Part shown: piece after piece, positions 45,462-53,971 of the stretch
Position numbering within the stretch: position 1 is the first letter of the stretch
Layout of the letters: each line of letters opens with the position of its first letter
NCBI GenBank assembly: GCA_018829965.1
Contig: JAHJTG010000008.1
Coordinates: 9,314-73,313, forward strand
Origin: Patescibacteria group bacterium
GTDB taxonomy: Bacteria > Patescibacteriota > Minisyncoccia > Minisyncoccales > Staskawiczbacteraceae
DNA length: 64,000 nucleotides
Direction: 5' to 3'
Made by a program: the position numbers and the translations under genes
Notes under the pieces: model-generated
Told to the model about the DNA's origin: nothing
The model's input: only the letters and a program-made list of their open reading frames with translations
Databases searched by the model: none

Positions 45462-47900
45462 CTACCGAGCGCCCTTCTCTTTCTCCGCAACAATCAAATG
45501 GGTTTTTAAAACTACATTTGGGCTTAAAGACATTGACTCAATACCCTCTTCTATTAAAAATTCAACAAATTCAGGATAATTAGACGGCGCCTCGCCACAT
45601 ATCCCGATATATTTCCCTTTTTCCTTACATACTCTGATTGCTTCTGAAATCATTTCTAAAACTGATTCGTTTCTTTCATCGCCGATGTAAGCAATTCCTC
45701 CATTGTCCCTGTCTAATCCCAAAGTCAATTGAGTCAAATCATTGCTACCGATTGAAAAACCATCAAATATTTCCAAGAACTTATCTGCCATAATAACATT
45801 AGACGGGATTTCGCACATGACAAAAATCTTAAGATTTTTGTCATCCCGCGAAGCTCCATCTTGCGGAGCGGAGTGGGATTCTCTTTTTAATCCCGTTTTC
45901 TCTATCAATTCTACCACTTTTTTGCCTTCTTCAACGGTTCTGCAGAAAGGAACCATTACATTTACATTTTTTAAACCAAACACATCCCTTACCCTTTTTA
46001 TTGCCACGCATTCCATTAAAAATGCCGGCTGGTATTTTTCTGAAATATACCTGCAGGCTCCCCGAAATCCGAGCATTGGATTTGCCTCCCCCTCTTCATA
46101 AAGAGAACCTCCTATTAAATTTTTGTACTCATTAGTTTTAAAATCAGAAAACCTTACAATAATTTCTTTTGGATAAACTGCGGCAGCTATTTGAGCAATA
46201 CCCTCTGCTAATTCTTTAACAAAGAATTCTTTTTTGTTTTTATGCTCAATTGTAATTTCTTGGATTTTCTTCTTTAATTTTGCGTCTTTTATTTTTTCAA
46301 AATTATAAAGAGCCATCGGATGAACCTTAATTTTTTCAGCAATTATAAACTCTTCTCTTGCTAATCCGATTCCCTCATTTGGCAAAAACGACGCTTTAAA
46401 AGCTGTTTGAGGGTCACCGATGTTCATCATTATTTTAGTTTTAATCTTCGGGATGCTGGATAAATTTGTTTTCTTAACCTCAAAAGGAACGTTTCCTGAA
46501 AATACTCTTCCTTTCATACCTTGCGTACAATCAACTGTCACAATTTGTCCAGTCTTCAGAATTTTTGTAGCTGTTCTACTACCAACAATCGCAGGAACTC
46601 CCAACTCCCTGCTAACTATTGCCGCATGACAAGTTTTTCCACCCTCATCTGTTATAATTGCTGAAGCAATTCTCATTACAGGAACCCAATCAGGGTCTGT
46701 CATTTTAGTTACTAAAACATTGCCGGGTTTGAACTGACTAATTTTTGAAGCGTCTTTAATTATTTGAACCTTGCCAACTCCTATTTTTTCACCAATTGCT
46801 ATACCTGATAAAATTGGCGGTTTATCGGTTTTTATTTGATACTCTTCTAAAACTCTCTCACCTTTAGGCATATGAACGGTTTCCGGCCTTGATTGAACGA
46901 TATATAGCTGGCCAGTTTTACCATCTTTTGCCCATTCAATATCTTGAGGCATCCATTTTTTAAATTTTGCAGAATAATGGTCCTCTATAATCACCGCCCA
47001 TTTAGCTAAAGTTAAAATTTCCTCATCATTTAAAGAAAATTTTAATTGCTCTGATGGCTTAACTTTGATTTCTTTTAATCCTCCTTTCTGCGAATAAATA
47101 TCTTTTATTGTTTTCCTTCCTAAATTCTTTACAATTATAGGATTGAATCCTTTTTTCAGCGTAGGCTTGAAAACATAAAATTCGTCTGGGGTAATTCTCC
47201 CTTTAACAATTAATTCTCCAATTCCCCATATTGAGTTTATAAGAACGATATTGGGGAATCCTGTTTCAGTATCTAACGTAAACATTATCCCAGAAGAAGC
47301 TAAGTCAGATCTTATCATCTTTAAAACCCCGACCGATAAACCGAACTCTAATTGATTTATCTTTTTCTCATCCCTATAGGCAATCGCCCTGTCGGTAAAA
47401 GTTGAAACAATGCTTTTTCTTACTGCATCCAACAATTCTTCGTTTCCTCTTACATTAAGATATGTTTCAAATTGACCGGCAAACGAAGCATTAGGCATAT
47501 CTTCGGCAACGCCAGACGTTCTGACAGCAATATCCGGATCTGGACCGAACTTTTCAGCTAATTTTGCATAAGCCCCGAGAACCTCTGCCTTCAAATTATC
47601 TGGGAATACACCTTTTAAAATAGCCTCTCTGGATAATCTGCCAACCTCCTGAATACTTTCTATTTTTTGAGGATTCAAATTTTTAAATATTCCTTCAAGA
47701 ACCTTGTTTAACCCGTTCGCCTTCAGAAAGTTCCAATAGAAATTAGTTGTCAAAGCAAACCCTTCGGGCAAGTTCACGCCTTTTGGAACGAGATTAACAT
47801 ACATTTCCCCCAATGAAGCATTCTTGCCTCCGACTAATGGAACATCTTCAATTCCAATTTCTGATAACCATAAAATATTTTTTTGTGATTTTTCTACCAT
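45462..47900 (-). CDS. ppsA: Phosphoenolpyruvate synthase (pyruvate, water dikinase)
   Basis: ATP-grasp N-domain, phosphohistidine GGKTCHAAIVSRELG, PEP-utilising C-domain SIGSNDLTQ. Confidence 0.95.
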   Translation of the reverse strand: MVEKSQKNILWLSEIGIEDVPLVGGKNASLGEMYVNLVPKGVNLPEGFALTTNFYWNFLKANGLNKVLEGIFKNLNPQKIESIQEVGRLSREAILKGVFPDNLKAEVLGAYAKLAEKFGPDPDIAVRTSGVAEDMPNASFAGQFETYLNVRGNEELLDAVRKSIVSTFTDRAIAYRDEKKINQLEFGLSVGVLKMIRSDLASSGIMFTLDTETGFPNIVLINSIWGIGELIVKGRITPDEFYVFKPTLKKGFNPIIVKNLGRKTIKDIYSQKGGLKEIKVKPSEQLKFSLNDEEILTLAKWAVIIEDHYSAKFKKWMPQDIEWAKDGKTGQLYIVQSRPETVHMPKGERVLEEYQIKTDKPPILSGIAIGEKIGVGKVQIIKDASKISQFKPGNVLVTKMTDPDWVPVMRIASAIITDEGGKTCHAAIVSRELGVPAIVGSRTATKILKTGQIVTVDCTQGMKGRVFSGNVPFEVKKTNLSSIPKIKTKIMMNIGDPQTAFKASFLPNEGIGLAREEFIIAEKIKVHPMALYNFEKIKDAKLKKKIQEITIEHKNKKEFFVKELAEGIAQIAAAVYPKEIIVRFSDFKTNEYKNLIGGSLYEEGEANPMLGFRGACRYISEKYQPAFLMECVAIKRVRDVFGLKNVNVMVPFCRTVEEGKKVVELIEKTGLKRESHSAPQDGASRDDKNLKIFVMCEIPSNVIMADKFLEIFDGFSIGSNDLTQLTLGLDRDNGGIAYIGDERNESVLEMISEAIRVCKEKGKYIGICGEAPSNYPEFVEFLIEEGIESMSLSPNVVLKTHLIVAEKEKGAR

Positions 47901-47902
47901 AA

Positions 47903-49258
47903 TTAATAACGAGTTAACGCCCGAAGGGCGATGATTCCTCTTTTTAATTCTCCGTAGTTAGGAATATTATTATCTTCCAAAAATTTAATCGCTTCAGAAG
48001 ACATTTTTCCGCCTAAAAAGAAGCAAACGATTGGCTTTTTCGGAAAAAGCCGCTTAGCTTCTACAATTATTTTAGCATTTTCCAAAGGGTCTGTCATAAT
48101 CTGCGGTGTTTGTATAATTATCAATCCTCTAATGTTTTTCTGGCTTAAAACCGCCTCAATAGCAACTTTGTAGCGCGCCGGTGAAGCATCTCCGACAATA
48201 TCAATTGGATTAGATTTAGACCAGAGAGAAGGCATCTCCGCAGAACCAGAAATTCTAGAGATGGTATCCTTTGAAAGTTCGGCTAAATTAATTCCCTGGC
48301 TTTTGCAATAATCTGCGGCTAAGACTCCGCATCCTCCCCCATTTGTAATTATTGCTACGGAGTTTTCGCACTTCGACTCTAAAGCTAAAATCTTTGAAAC
48401 ATCTAAAAGCTCTTCCAGGGAATCAGTTTCTATAACCCCTGACTGTTTAAAAGCAGATTTATAGACTTGGTAATCCCCGGCCATTGTTCCGGTGTGACTT
48501 TTAATAGCTCTCTGCCCTTCGTAATTCTTCCCAGCCTTTATGACAATTATTGGCTTTTTAGACACAATTCTCTTTGCTATTTCCATAAACTTTCTGCCGT
48601 CTTTCAGCCCTTCCAGATATAACGCTATGACTTTGGTTTCTACGTCTTCAGCAAACGATTTCAAGAAATCAGTTAGAGTAACGCCAGCTTCATTGCCGTA
48701 AGAAACCATGGAGGAAATTCCGTAATTCTCTTCTGCCGCCTTATCCGCTAAAATATCAAGGATTGCTCCTGATTGGGAAATGAGGGCGACATTTCCCTTA
48801 GGCGGAGTTGCTGGAGCAAAAGAAGCATTAAGATTGTTTTTCGTATTAATAATTCCCAGGCAATTGGGCCCGACAAGAGCTATTCCCGCCCTGCACGTCA
48901 TTTCCGCTAATTCATTCTGGATTTTTTCTCCTTTGCTTCCAATCTCGCTGAAACCGGCTGAAATAACTATTATGCCTCCTACCTTTTTTTTACAGCAATC
49001 TTCAACCACTTTAAGAACAATGGAAGCAGGAACCGCGACAATTGCCAAATCAACCACTTCGGGAATATCTGTAATTATAGGGAAAGTTTTTCTGCCGAAA
49101 ATTTCATTCTGATTCGGATTAACTAAAAAAACTTTCCTTTCTCCTTCTCCTAAAAGCATATTTTTAACAAGACCTGCACCGACAGATCCGATTCTGTCCG
49201 TCGCCCCTATAATCGCCGCTGTCCGCGGATTAAAAATTCTTCCTAATTTATTTACCAT
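47903..49258 (-). CDS. ADP-forming acetyl-CoA synthetase, CoA-binding/ligase (alpha-like) subunit
   Basis: Rossmann CoA-binding N-terminus AIIGATDR.GSVG; succinyl-CoA-ligase-like fold with GHTG-type SHTGTMAG. Confidence 0.8.
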   Translation of the reverse strand: MVNKLGRIFNPRTAAIIGATDRIGSVGAGLVKNMLLGEGERKVFLVNPNQNEIFGRKTFPIITDIPEVVDLAIVAVPASIVLKVVEDCCKKKVGGIIVISAGFSEIGSKGEKIQNELAEMTCRAGIALVGPNCLGIINTKNNLNASFAPATPPKGNVALISQSGAILDILADKAAEENYGISSMVSYGNEAGVTLTDFLKSFAEDVETKVIALYLEGLKDGRKFMEIAKRIVSKKPIIVIKAGKNYEGQRAIKSHTGTMAGDYQVYKSAFKQSGVIETDSLEELLDVSKILALESKCENSVAIITNGGGCGVLAADYCKSQGINLAELSKDTISRISGSAEMPSLWSKSNPIDIVGDASPARYKVAIEAVLSQKNIRGLIIIQTPQIMTDPLENAKIIVEAKRLFPKKPIVCFFLGGKMSSEAIKFLEDNNIPNYGELKRGIIALRALTRY

Positions 49259-49874
49259 AAGATAATATTTTAAAATCAACTGCTAGCACCTTCTTCTCGT
49301 TGGCTATAACAGGATTCAGGTCTATTTCTTCTATTTCCTTCTCTTTTATTAAAAGATTTGAAACGCTGACAACAATAGAAACTAATGATTTAAAATTTAT
49401 CGGCTTTTCTCCCCGAGAACCAGCTAAATAATCATATCCCTGCAATTCTTTCAACATCAATCTGGCTTCGACTGCTGATACCGGAGCAACTCTTAACGAA
49501 AAATCTTTGATTATCTCTGTGAATATTCCGCCAAGACCCACTAAAACAACAGGGCCGAATTGAGAATCCCTTTTTGCGCCGATTATAATTTCTTTTCCAA
49601 AAATTGTTTCTTGTACAAGAACACCTTTTGCTTTTTTCATTAATTTTTTAAAAGAAGACTTCAATTCTTTTTCATTGTTTATCCCTCCAATCACTCCTTT
49701 TATATCCGTCCTATGAAGAATATCTTTCCCATAAGCTTTTAAAAACACTGGGTAGCCTATTTTTTCAGCCGCAATCAAAGCTTCTTTCTCCGAAACAACA
49801 AAAAAAGTTCGGCAAATTGGAATTTTGTATTTAAAAAGAATTTTTTCAGCGGATTGAAAATTAATTAATCCCAT
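49248..49874 (-). CDS. ADP-forming acetyl-CoA synthetase, ATP-grasp (beta-like) subunit
   Basis: ATP-grasp_5-like pattern (GYPV.LK......HK.D.GGV); adjacent to the CoA-binding subunit. Confidence 0.75.
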   Translation of the reverse strand: MGLINFQSAEKILFKYKIPICRTFFVVSEKEALIAAEKIGYPVFLKAYGKDILHRTDIKGVIGGINNEKELKSSFKKLMKKAKGVLVQETIFGKEIIIGAKRDSQFGPVVLVGLGGIFTEIIKDFSLRVAPVSAVEARLMLKELQGYDYLAGSRGEKPINFKSLVSIVVSVSNLLIKEKEIEEIDLNPVIANEKKVLAVDFKILSYGK

Positions 49875-49877
49875 AAT

Positions 49878-50288
49878 TTAACTTGCTTTTGATAAATAAA
49901 ACATATAATATATCGCTAAACCTACTACATACAGAAACCAATAACCAATAGCTGTATTATAAATAATCTTCTTTTCATTTTTTGATATGGTTTTTAAGAC
50001 AGACTTCTTCCCCTTCTTCTGTTTTTTGGCAAAAAAACTAATAAGCCTTAAAAATAAATATATTAAAATCGGGAAAACAGTAAATCCTAAAATTAGATAA
50101 AATACAAAAAATAGGATATTAAAAAAACTCTGAACTTGAACGTGAGTTTCGCTATCAATTATCAAGAATGTATCGTAAAAGGTAAAAAGAAGCCAGAAAA
50201 AAGATAGGGTAATCACAACCGCCACAAAACTTGCCGAACAATACCCCACTAACTTAGGTATCTTTTTTAATTTTCTCGCTGTTGCCAT
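49878..50288 (-). CDS. Hypothetical membrane protein
   Basis: Four predicted TM helices. Confidence 0.45.
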   Translation of the reverse strand: MATARKLKKIPKLVGYCSASFVAVVITLSFFWLLFTFYDTFLIIDSETHVQVQSFFNILFFVFYLILGFTVFPILIYLFLRLISFFAKKQKKGKKSVLKTISKNEKKIIYNTAIGYWFLYVVGLAIYYMFYLSKAS

Positions 50289-50329
50289 AATTATTTCTTT
50301 ATTATACCCCGTAGAATAAATTTAACAAA

Positions 50330-50362
50330 CTAAAAAGGCCCACACATGCAGGCCTTTTTTTA
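50330..50362. terminator. Terminator after gap
   Basis: aaaaaggcc-cacacaugc-aggccuuuuuuu; reads as a hairpin plus U-run on both strands. Confidence 0.65.
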
Positions 50363-50371
50363 TTTACAAAC

Positions 50372-51376
50372 TTATATCTTCTTCCCCACAAACTCCGCAA
50401 ACTCAGCTATTCTACAGGCGTAAGCAAACTCGTTATCATACCAACCAACCACTTTAATCATATTCTCCTTTACCATCGTAAGAGACTTATCGACAATTGC
50501 CGATAAAGGATTGCCAATGTAATCAGAAGAAACTAGTTGTTCTTTTTCTATGCCTAATATCCCTTTCATCTGCTTCTGGCTGGCTTTTTCAAATTCTTTA
50601 TTCACCTCTTCAATGCTTGCTGATTTTTCAACCTCAACAATCAAATCTAAAACCGAAACAGTCGCTGTAGGAACTCTCATTGCAATCCCATCTAATTTTC
50701 CTTTTAATTCAGGGATTACTTTGCCCAACGCTTTTGCCGCACCAGTAGAAGTCGGAATTATATTTAAAGCGGCTGCTCTTGCCCTTCTTAAATCCTTATG
50801 GGGCAAATCTAAAATCTTCTGATCATTAGTATAACTATGGACAGTGGTCATAAATCCTTTCACAATTTTAAAATTATCGTTTAAAATTTTTGCTATCGGC
50901 GCTATGCAGTTTGTCGTGCAAGAACCCATATCTATAATCTTGTCTTTTCCAGGATTAAATTTTTGTTCGTTAACCCCTAAAACATAGCTTGGGATTTCAA
51001 CATCTTTTGCCGGAGCTGAGATAATAACTTGTTTGGCTCCTACTTTTATGTGTTTCTCCGCTCCTTTCAAGTCGGTAAATAATCCAGTGCATTCTAAAAC
51101 TATATCTATCCCCAATTTACCCCATGGCAAATTCTCAGGGTCTTTTTCAGCGAAAACTTTTATCTCTTTCCCGCCTACTATCAAACTATTTTCCGTAAAA
51201 GAAACTTCTTTGTCGTAATTACGATAAATAGAATCGTGCTTTAAAAGATGGGCTAAGGTTTTTGTGTCGGTTAAGTCATTAATCGCAACAACATCCAAAT
51301 CTGGATGATTTTTTAAAATCCTCCGTAAAACAGGCCTTCCTATTCTACCAAAACCATTTATTGCTACTTTTATCAT
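50372..51376 (-). CDS. gap: Glyceraldehyde-3-phosphate dehydrogenase
   Basis: INGFGRIGR, SCTTNC active site, WYDNE. Confidence 0.97.
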   Translation of the reverse strand: MIKVAINGFGRIGRPVLRRILKNHPDLDVVAINDLTDTKTLAHLLKHDSIYRNYDKEVSFTENSLIVGGKEIKVFAEKDPENLPWGKLGIDIVLECTGLFTDLKGAEKHIKVGAKQVIISAPAKDVEIPSYVLGVNEQKFNPGKDKIIDMGSCTTNCIAPIAKILNDNFKIVKGFMTTVHSYTNDQKILDLPHKDLRRARAAALNIIPTSTGAAKALGKVIPELKGKLDGIAMRVPTATVSVLDLIVEVEKSASIEEVNKEFEKASQKQMKGILGIEKEQLVSSDYIGNPLSAIVDKSLTMVKENMIKVVGWYDNEFAYACRIAEFAEFVGKKI

Positions 51377-51379
51377 GAT

Positions 51380-51486
51380 AACGCGATACTAATCTACGAA
51401 TAACATACCAATTATACGAATAATTTATGGTGAACTTATCGAAACATTAGTATCATTGGTATGCGAATTAGTATTATTGGTATCGC
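51380..51486. repeat. 106-nt structured repeat (copy 2 of 2) filling the grx-gap spacer
   Basis: Matches 36738-36843; ends 3 nt from the gap ATG. Confidence 0.85.
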
Positions 51487-51490
51487 TTTT

Positions 51491-51730
51491 TTACTCTATT
51501 ATTTTTAATAACTCATTAATTCTTTTTTTATCAAACCCAACTATAAATTCTCCATTAATATCTATAACAGGCACTGACATTTGTTCGGACTTTTCAATCA
51601 TCTCATTTAGAGCCTGTTCGTCCAAGCTTACATCAATATATTCAAAAGAAATATTATGGCTTTTTAAATATTCTTTTAATGTAACGCAATAGACGCAGCT
51701 TGGAGTGGAAAAAATTCTTACCTTTGGCAT
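51491..51730 (-). CDS. Glutaredoxin/NrdH-like thioredoxin-fold protein
   Basis: 79 aa; CVYC redox motif near the N-terminus; ..VP...I.G..I.G. Confidence 0.75.
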   Translation of the reverse strand: MPKVRIFSTPSCVYCVTLKEYLKSHNISFEYIDVSLDEQALNEMIEKSEQMSVPVIDINGEFIVGFDKKRINELLKIIE

Positions 51731-51869
51731 ACCTTGTTAGAAGTCCTTGAAGAAAAAATTTAATTATAAATTTTTTCTTTGGCTAATAAATAAATTATTT
51801 AGTAAAAAGACATTTCGCTCCATTAAGATTGTCTGTTTTAATGCGCCAGACTTCTAGCGTGGCATATAT

Positions 51870-52940
51870 TTACTCTCCGCAACTGGCATCGCTGTTTGAT
51901 GTTGAATCAGAAACATAGGCTGTAGAAAAACCAGATGTGGCTGATTCTTTAGATAATTCCTTTGAGCAGTAATCTGCTTGGTTATTAGATGCGCAACAAA
52001 TTATTGATTTTAATGCATCCTCTGTCCTGCCACCAAAAGAAAATTCGTCTATTTTATCGTTTCCTAAAATTAATGTCGGCGAACCAGCTACCTCATACTG
52101 CGCCGAAAGGTCAAAATCTGTTTTAGCGTATTCTAACCCGCGAGAAGCATCTTTTACACAAGTATCAAGATTGGTTTTATCAACTCCTACTGAAGCTAAA
52201 CAAGAATCTGATTTTCCTTCTGCAATATAGCAAGAAATATAATTCCAATATTTAGTACTTTGTTCCTCTCTTAAGCAAATCTGTCTTAAATTTTCTTGCG
52301 CTTCTTCGTCCCCATGCATAGATTCTATTTTGCCATTAGTAATAGACCCGATATATCTTACTTTTATATTCTCCTTTGTAACTGACTCATCTTTTACTAA
52401 TTTTGCAATGATTCTCTGCATTTGGAGACCATATGGACATTGACTCACAACAAAAGCATCTAAAAAAGGCTTATCTGCTTTTTTAATTGACTCGCAAGAT
52501 GTTATTTGGCTACCAGCATCTGCAGTCTCCGCCAGTTTTTCGTCTAAATTAATAGGGACGCCCTGCATTTCTGGAAATGCATACTTCCCATCTTTAGTAA
52601 GATAAATTATTTCATCTTGACTTTCAGTTTGACCTGTCATAGTTAATTTAAATACAACCTTATACAAGGTGCTAAATTCGGCAGCTTCTTTTAACTCGGC
52701 CTTACCAGCATCTTTTAGATAATTTTCGTTAATAAAACTTACAACTTTCTGGCCTGCCTCGTTAGCTGAAATAGTTTTTTCAAAATTTTTCTCAAAATAA
52801 AGCTTGTAAACTAATAAACCTGCGAGCGCTAAAATAATAATAATGATAATAACTACTATTCTGATAATATTTTTCTTGGTAGATTGCCAAGTGTCTTGAA
52901 AAGCCCTTTTTATTACATTCTTTATATTCTCTATATTCAT
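51870..52940 (-). CDS. Membrane-anchored Cys-rich protein with DsbA/thioredoxin-like domain (tentative)
   Basis: N-terminal TM helix; FVVSQCPYG where DsbA-like proteins have CxxC; many paired Cys. Confidence 0.35.
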   Translation of the reverse strand: MNIENIKNVIKRAFQDTWQSTKKNIIRIVVIIIIIILALAGLLVYKLYFEKNFEKTISANEAGQKVVSFINENYLKDAGKAELKEAAEFSTLYKVVFKLTMTGQTESQDEIIYLTKDGKYAFPEMQGVPINLDEKLAETADAGSQITSCESIKKADKPFLDAFVVSQCPYGLQMQRIIAKLVKDESVTKENIKVRYIGSITNGKIESMHGDEEAQENLRQICLREEQSTKYWNYISCYIAEGKSDSCLASVGVDKTNLDTCVKDASRGLEYAKTDFDLSAQYEVAGSPTLILGNDKIDEFSFGGRTEDALKSIICCASNNQADYCSKELSKESATSGFSTAYVSDSTSNSDASCGE

Positions 52941-53042
52941 AATTTTTTACTTGTCCGCCTAAGTTTTAAGATTAAAATTTTGGCGGATTATTATTTAATT
53001 ATAATATTAATATCTTACCACAAAAAAATAAACTGCAACAAC

Positions 53043-53738
53043 TCACCCTGTTGAATCCCAATCAACCTTTTTATTTTGCAGTTTTAATTTTTCATCAAAA
53101 TCATATTTGATCAACCCGGCATAAGGAATTTCCAAATCAATAATTTTATCATCAGCTATCTTCTCAATATATTTTACTATTGCTCTCAAGGCATTATGGC
53201 TAGCTACGATTAAAACGTTGCTACCTTTTTTTAAATCTTTCTCTATATATTTTTTATAAAATGGAATTGCTCTTTTAAAAACATCTTTCAAACTTTCTCC
53301 TCCTGGCGGAGCTATAGCATAACTTCTTCTCCAAAGATGCACTTTCTCTTCTCCATATTTTTTTATTGTTTCTTCTTTATCCATACCCTGTAATTTTCCG
53401 TAATATCTTTCGTTTAAATTATTTGAAATGTAGACAGGGACATCATTATCGCTGATATCAATGAAATGACCCCGTCTTTTCTCTTTGCTCTTATCAAGAT
53501 GTAAAAATATCGGATATTTTTTGTTGCCAAACTCAAACATTCTAGTTATTGTGTCTTGGTTTCTAAAAAGCGACGAACAATAAATTTTACCTATCTTAAA
53601 TTTATTTACTGTTTTATCCGCCAAAGATTTGGCGTCATTAATTTCATTTTCATCAAGAGGAACATCCATCCAACCACTAAATCTGCTTTCTTCATTCCAT
53701 TGCGATTTTATATGTCTTAGTAAAAATAGTTTTGGCAT
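53043..53738 (-). CDS. gpmA: Histidine-phosphatase-family phosphoglycerate mutase
   Basis: LLRH..S.WN N-terminal catalytic-His motif, later ..SHNA(L)RA. Lies in the glycolytic block. Confidence 0.75.
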   Translation of the reverse strand: MPKLFLLRHIKSQWNEESRFSGWMDVPLDENEINDAKSLADKTVNKFKIGKIYCSSLFRNQDTITRMFEFGNKKYPIFLHLDKSKEKRRGHFIDISDNDVPVYISNNLNERYYGKLQGMDKEETIKKYGEEKVHLWRRSYAIAPPGGESLKDVFKRAIPFYKKYIEKDLKKGSNVLIVASHNALRAIVKYIEKIADDKIIDLEIPYAGLIKYDFDEKLKLQNKKVDWDSTG

Positions 53739-53779
53739 AAATTTATTTTGTAGTAAGTAATAGATAAAAAATGCTATTA

Positions 53780-53971
53780 AAGTGAGGCAACAAGTTCAAA
53801 AGTAAATTTCGCAGGCAATTTAACATGGTGTCGCCTTAGGCGACTAAATTGCCGAGAATTTAGATAGCAAAACCTCGTCCCGATTTCTGAAAGAAATCGA
53901 GGATGCTCGATTGTTATACAATCGGCACTGGGAATTTTGACTATCGGTATTTTTAAACTTATTGTCGAGCG
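53780..53971. repeat. Family E plus family A composite element in the eno-gpmA spacer
   Basis: gttcaaaagtaaatttcgcaggcaattt...aaattgccgaga; cgtcccgatttctgaaagaaatcgaggatgctcgattgttatacaatcg; ends in tgtcgagcg. Confidence 0.8.

Noticed and set aside
45250-45579. 109-aa ORF (+)
   Set aside because: It lies in the family E repeat block and runs antisense into the ppsA 3' end.
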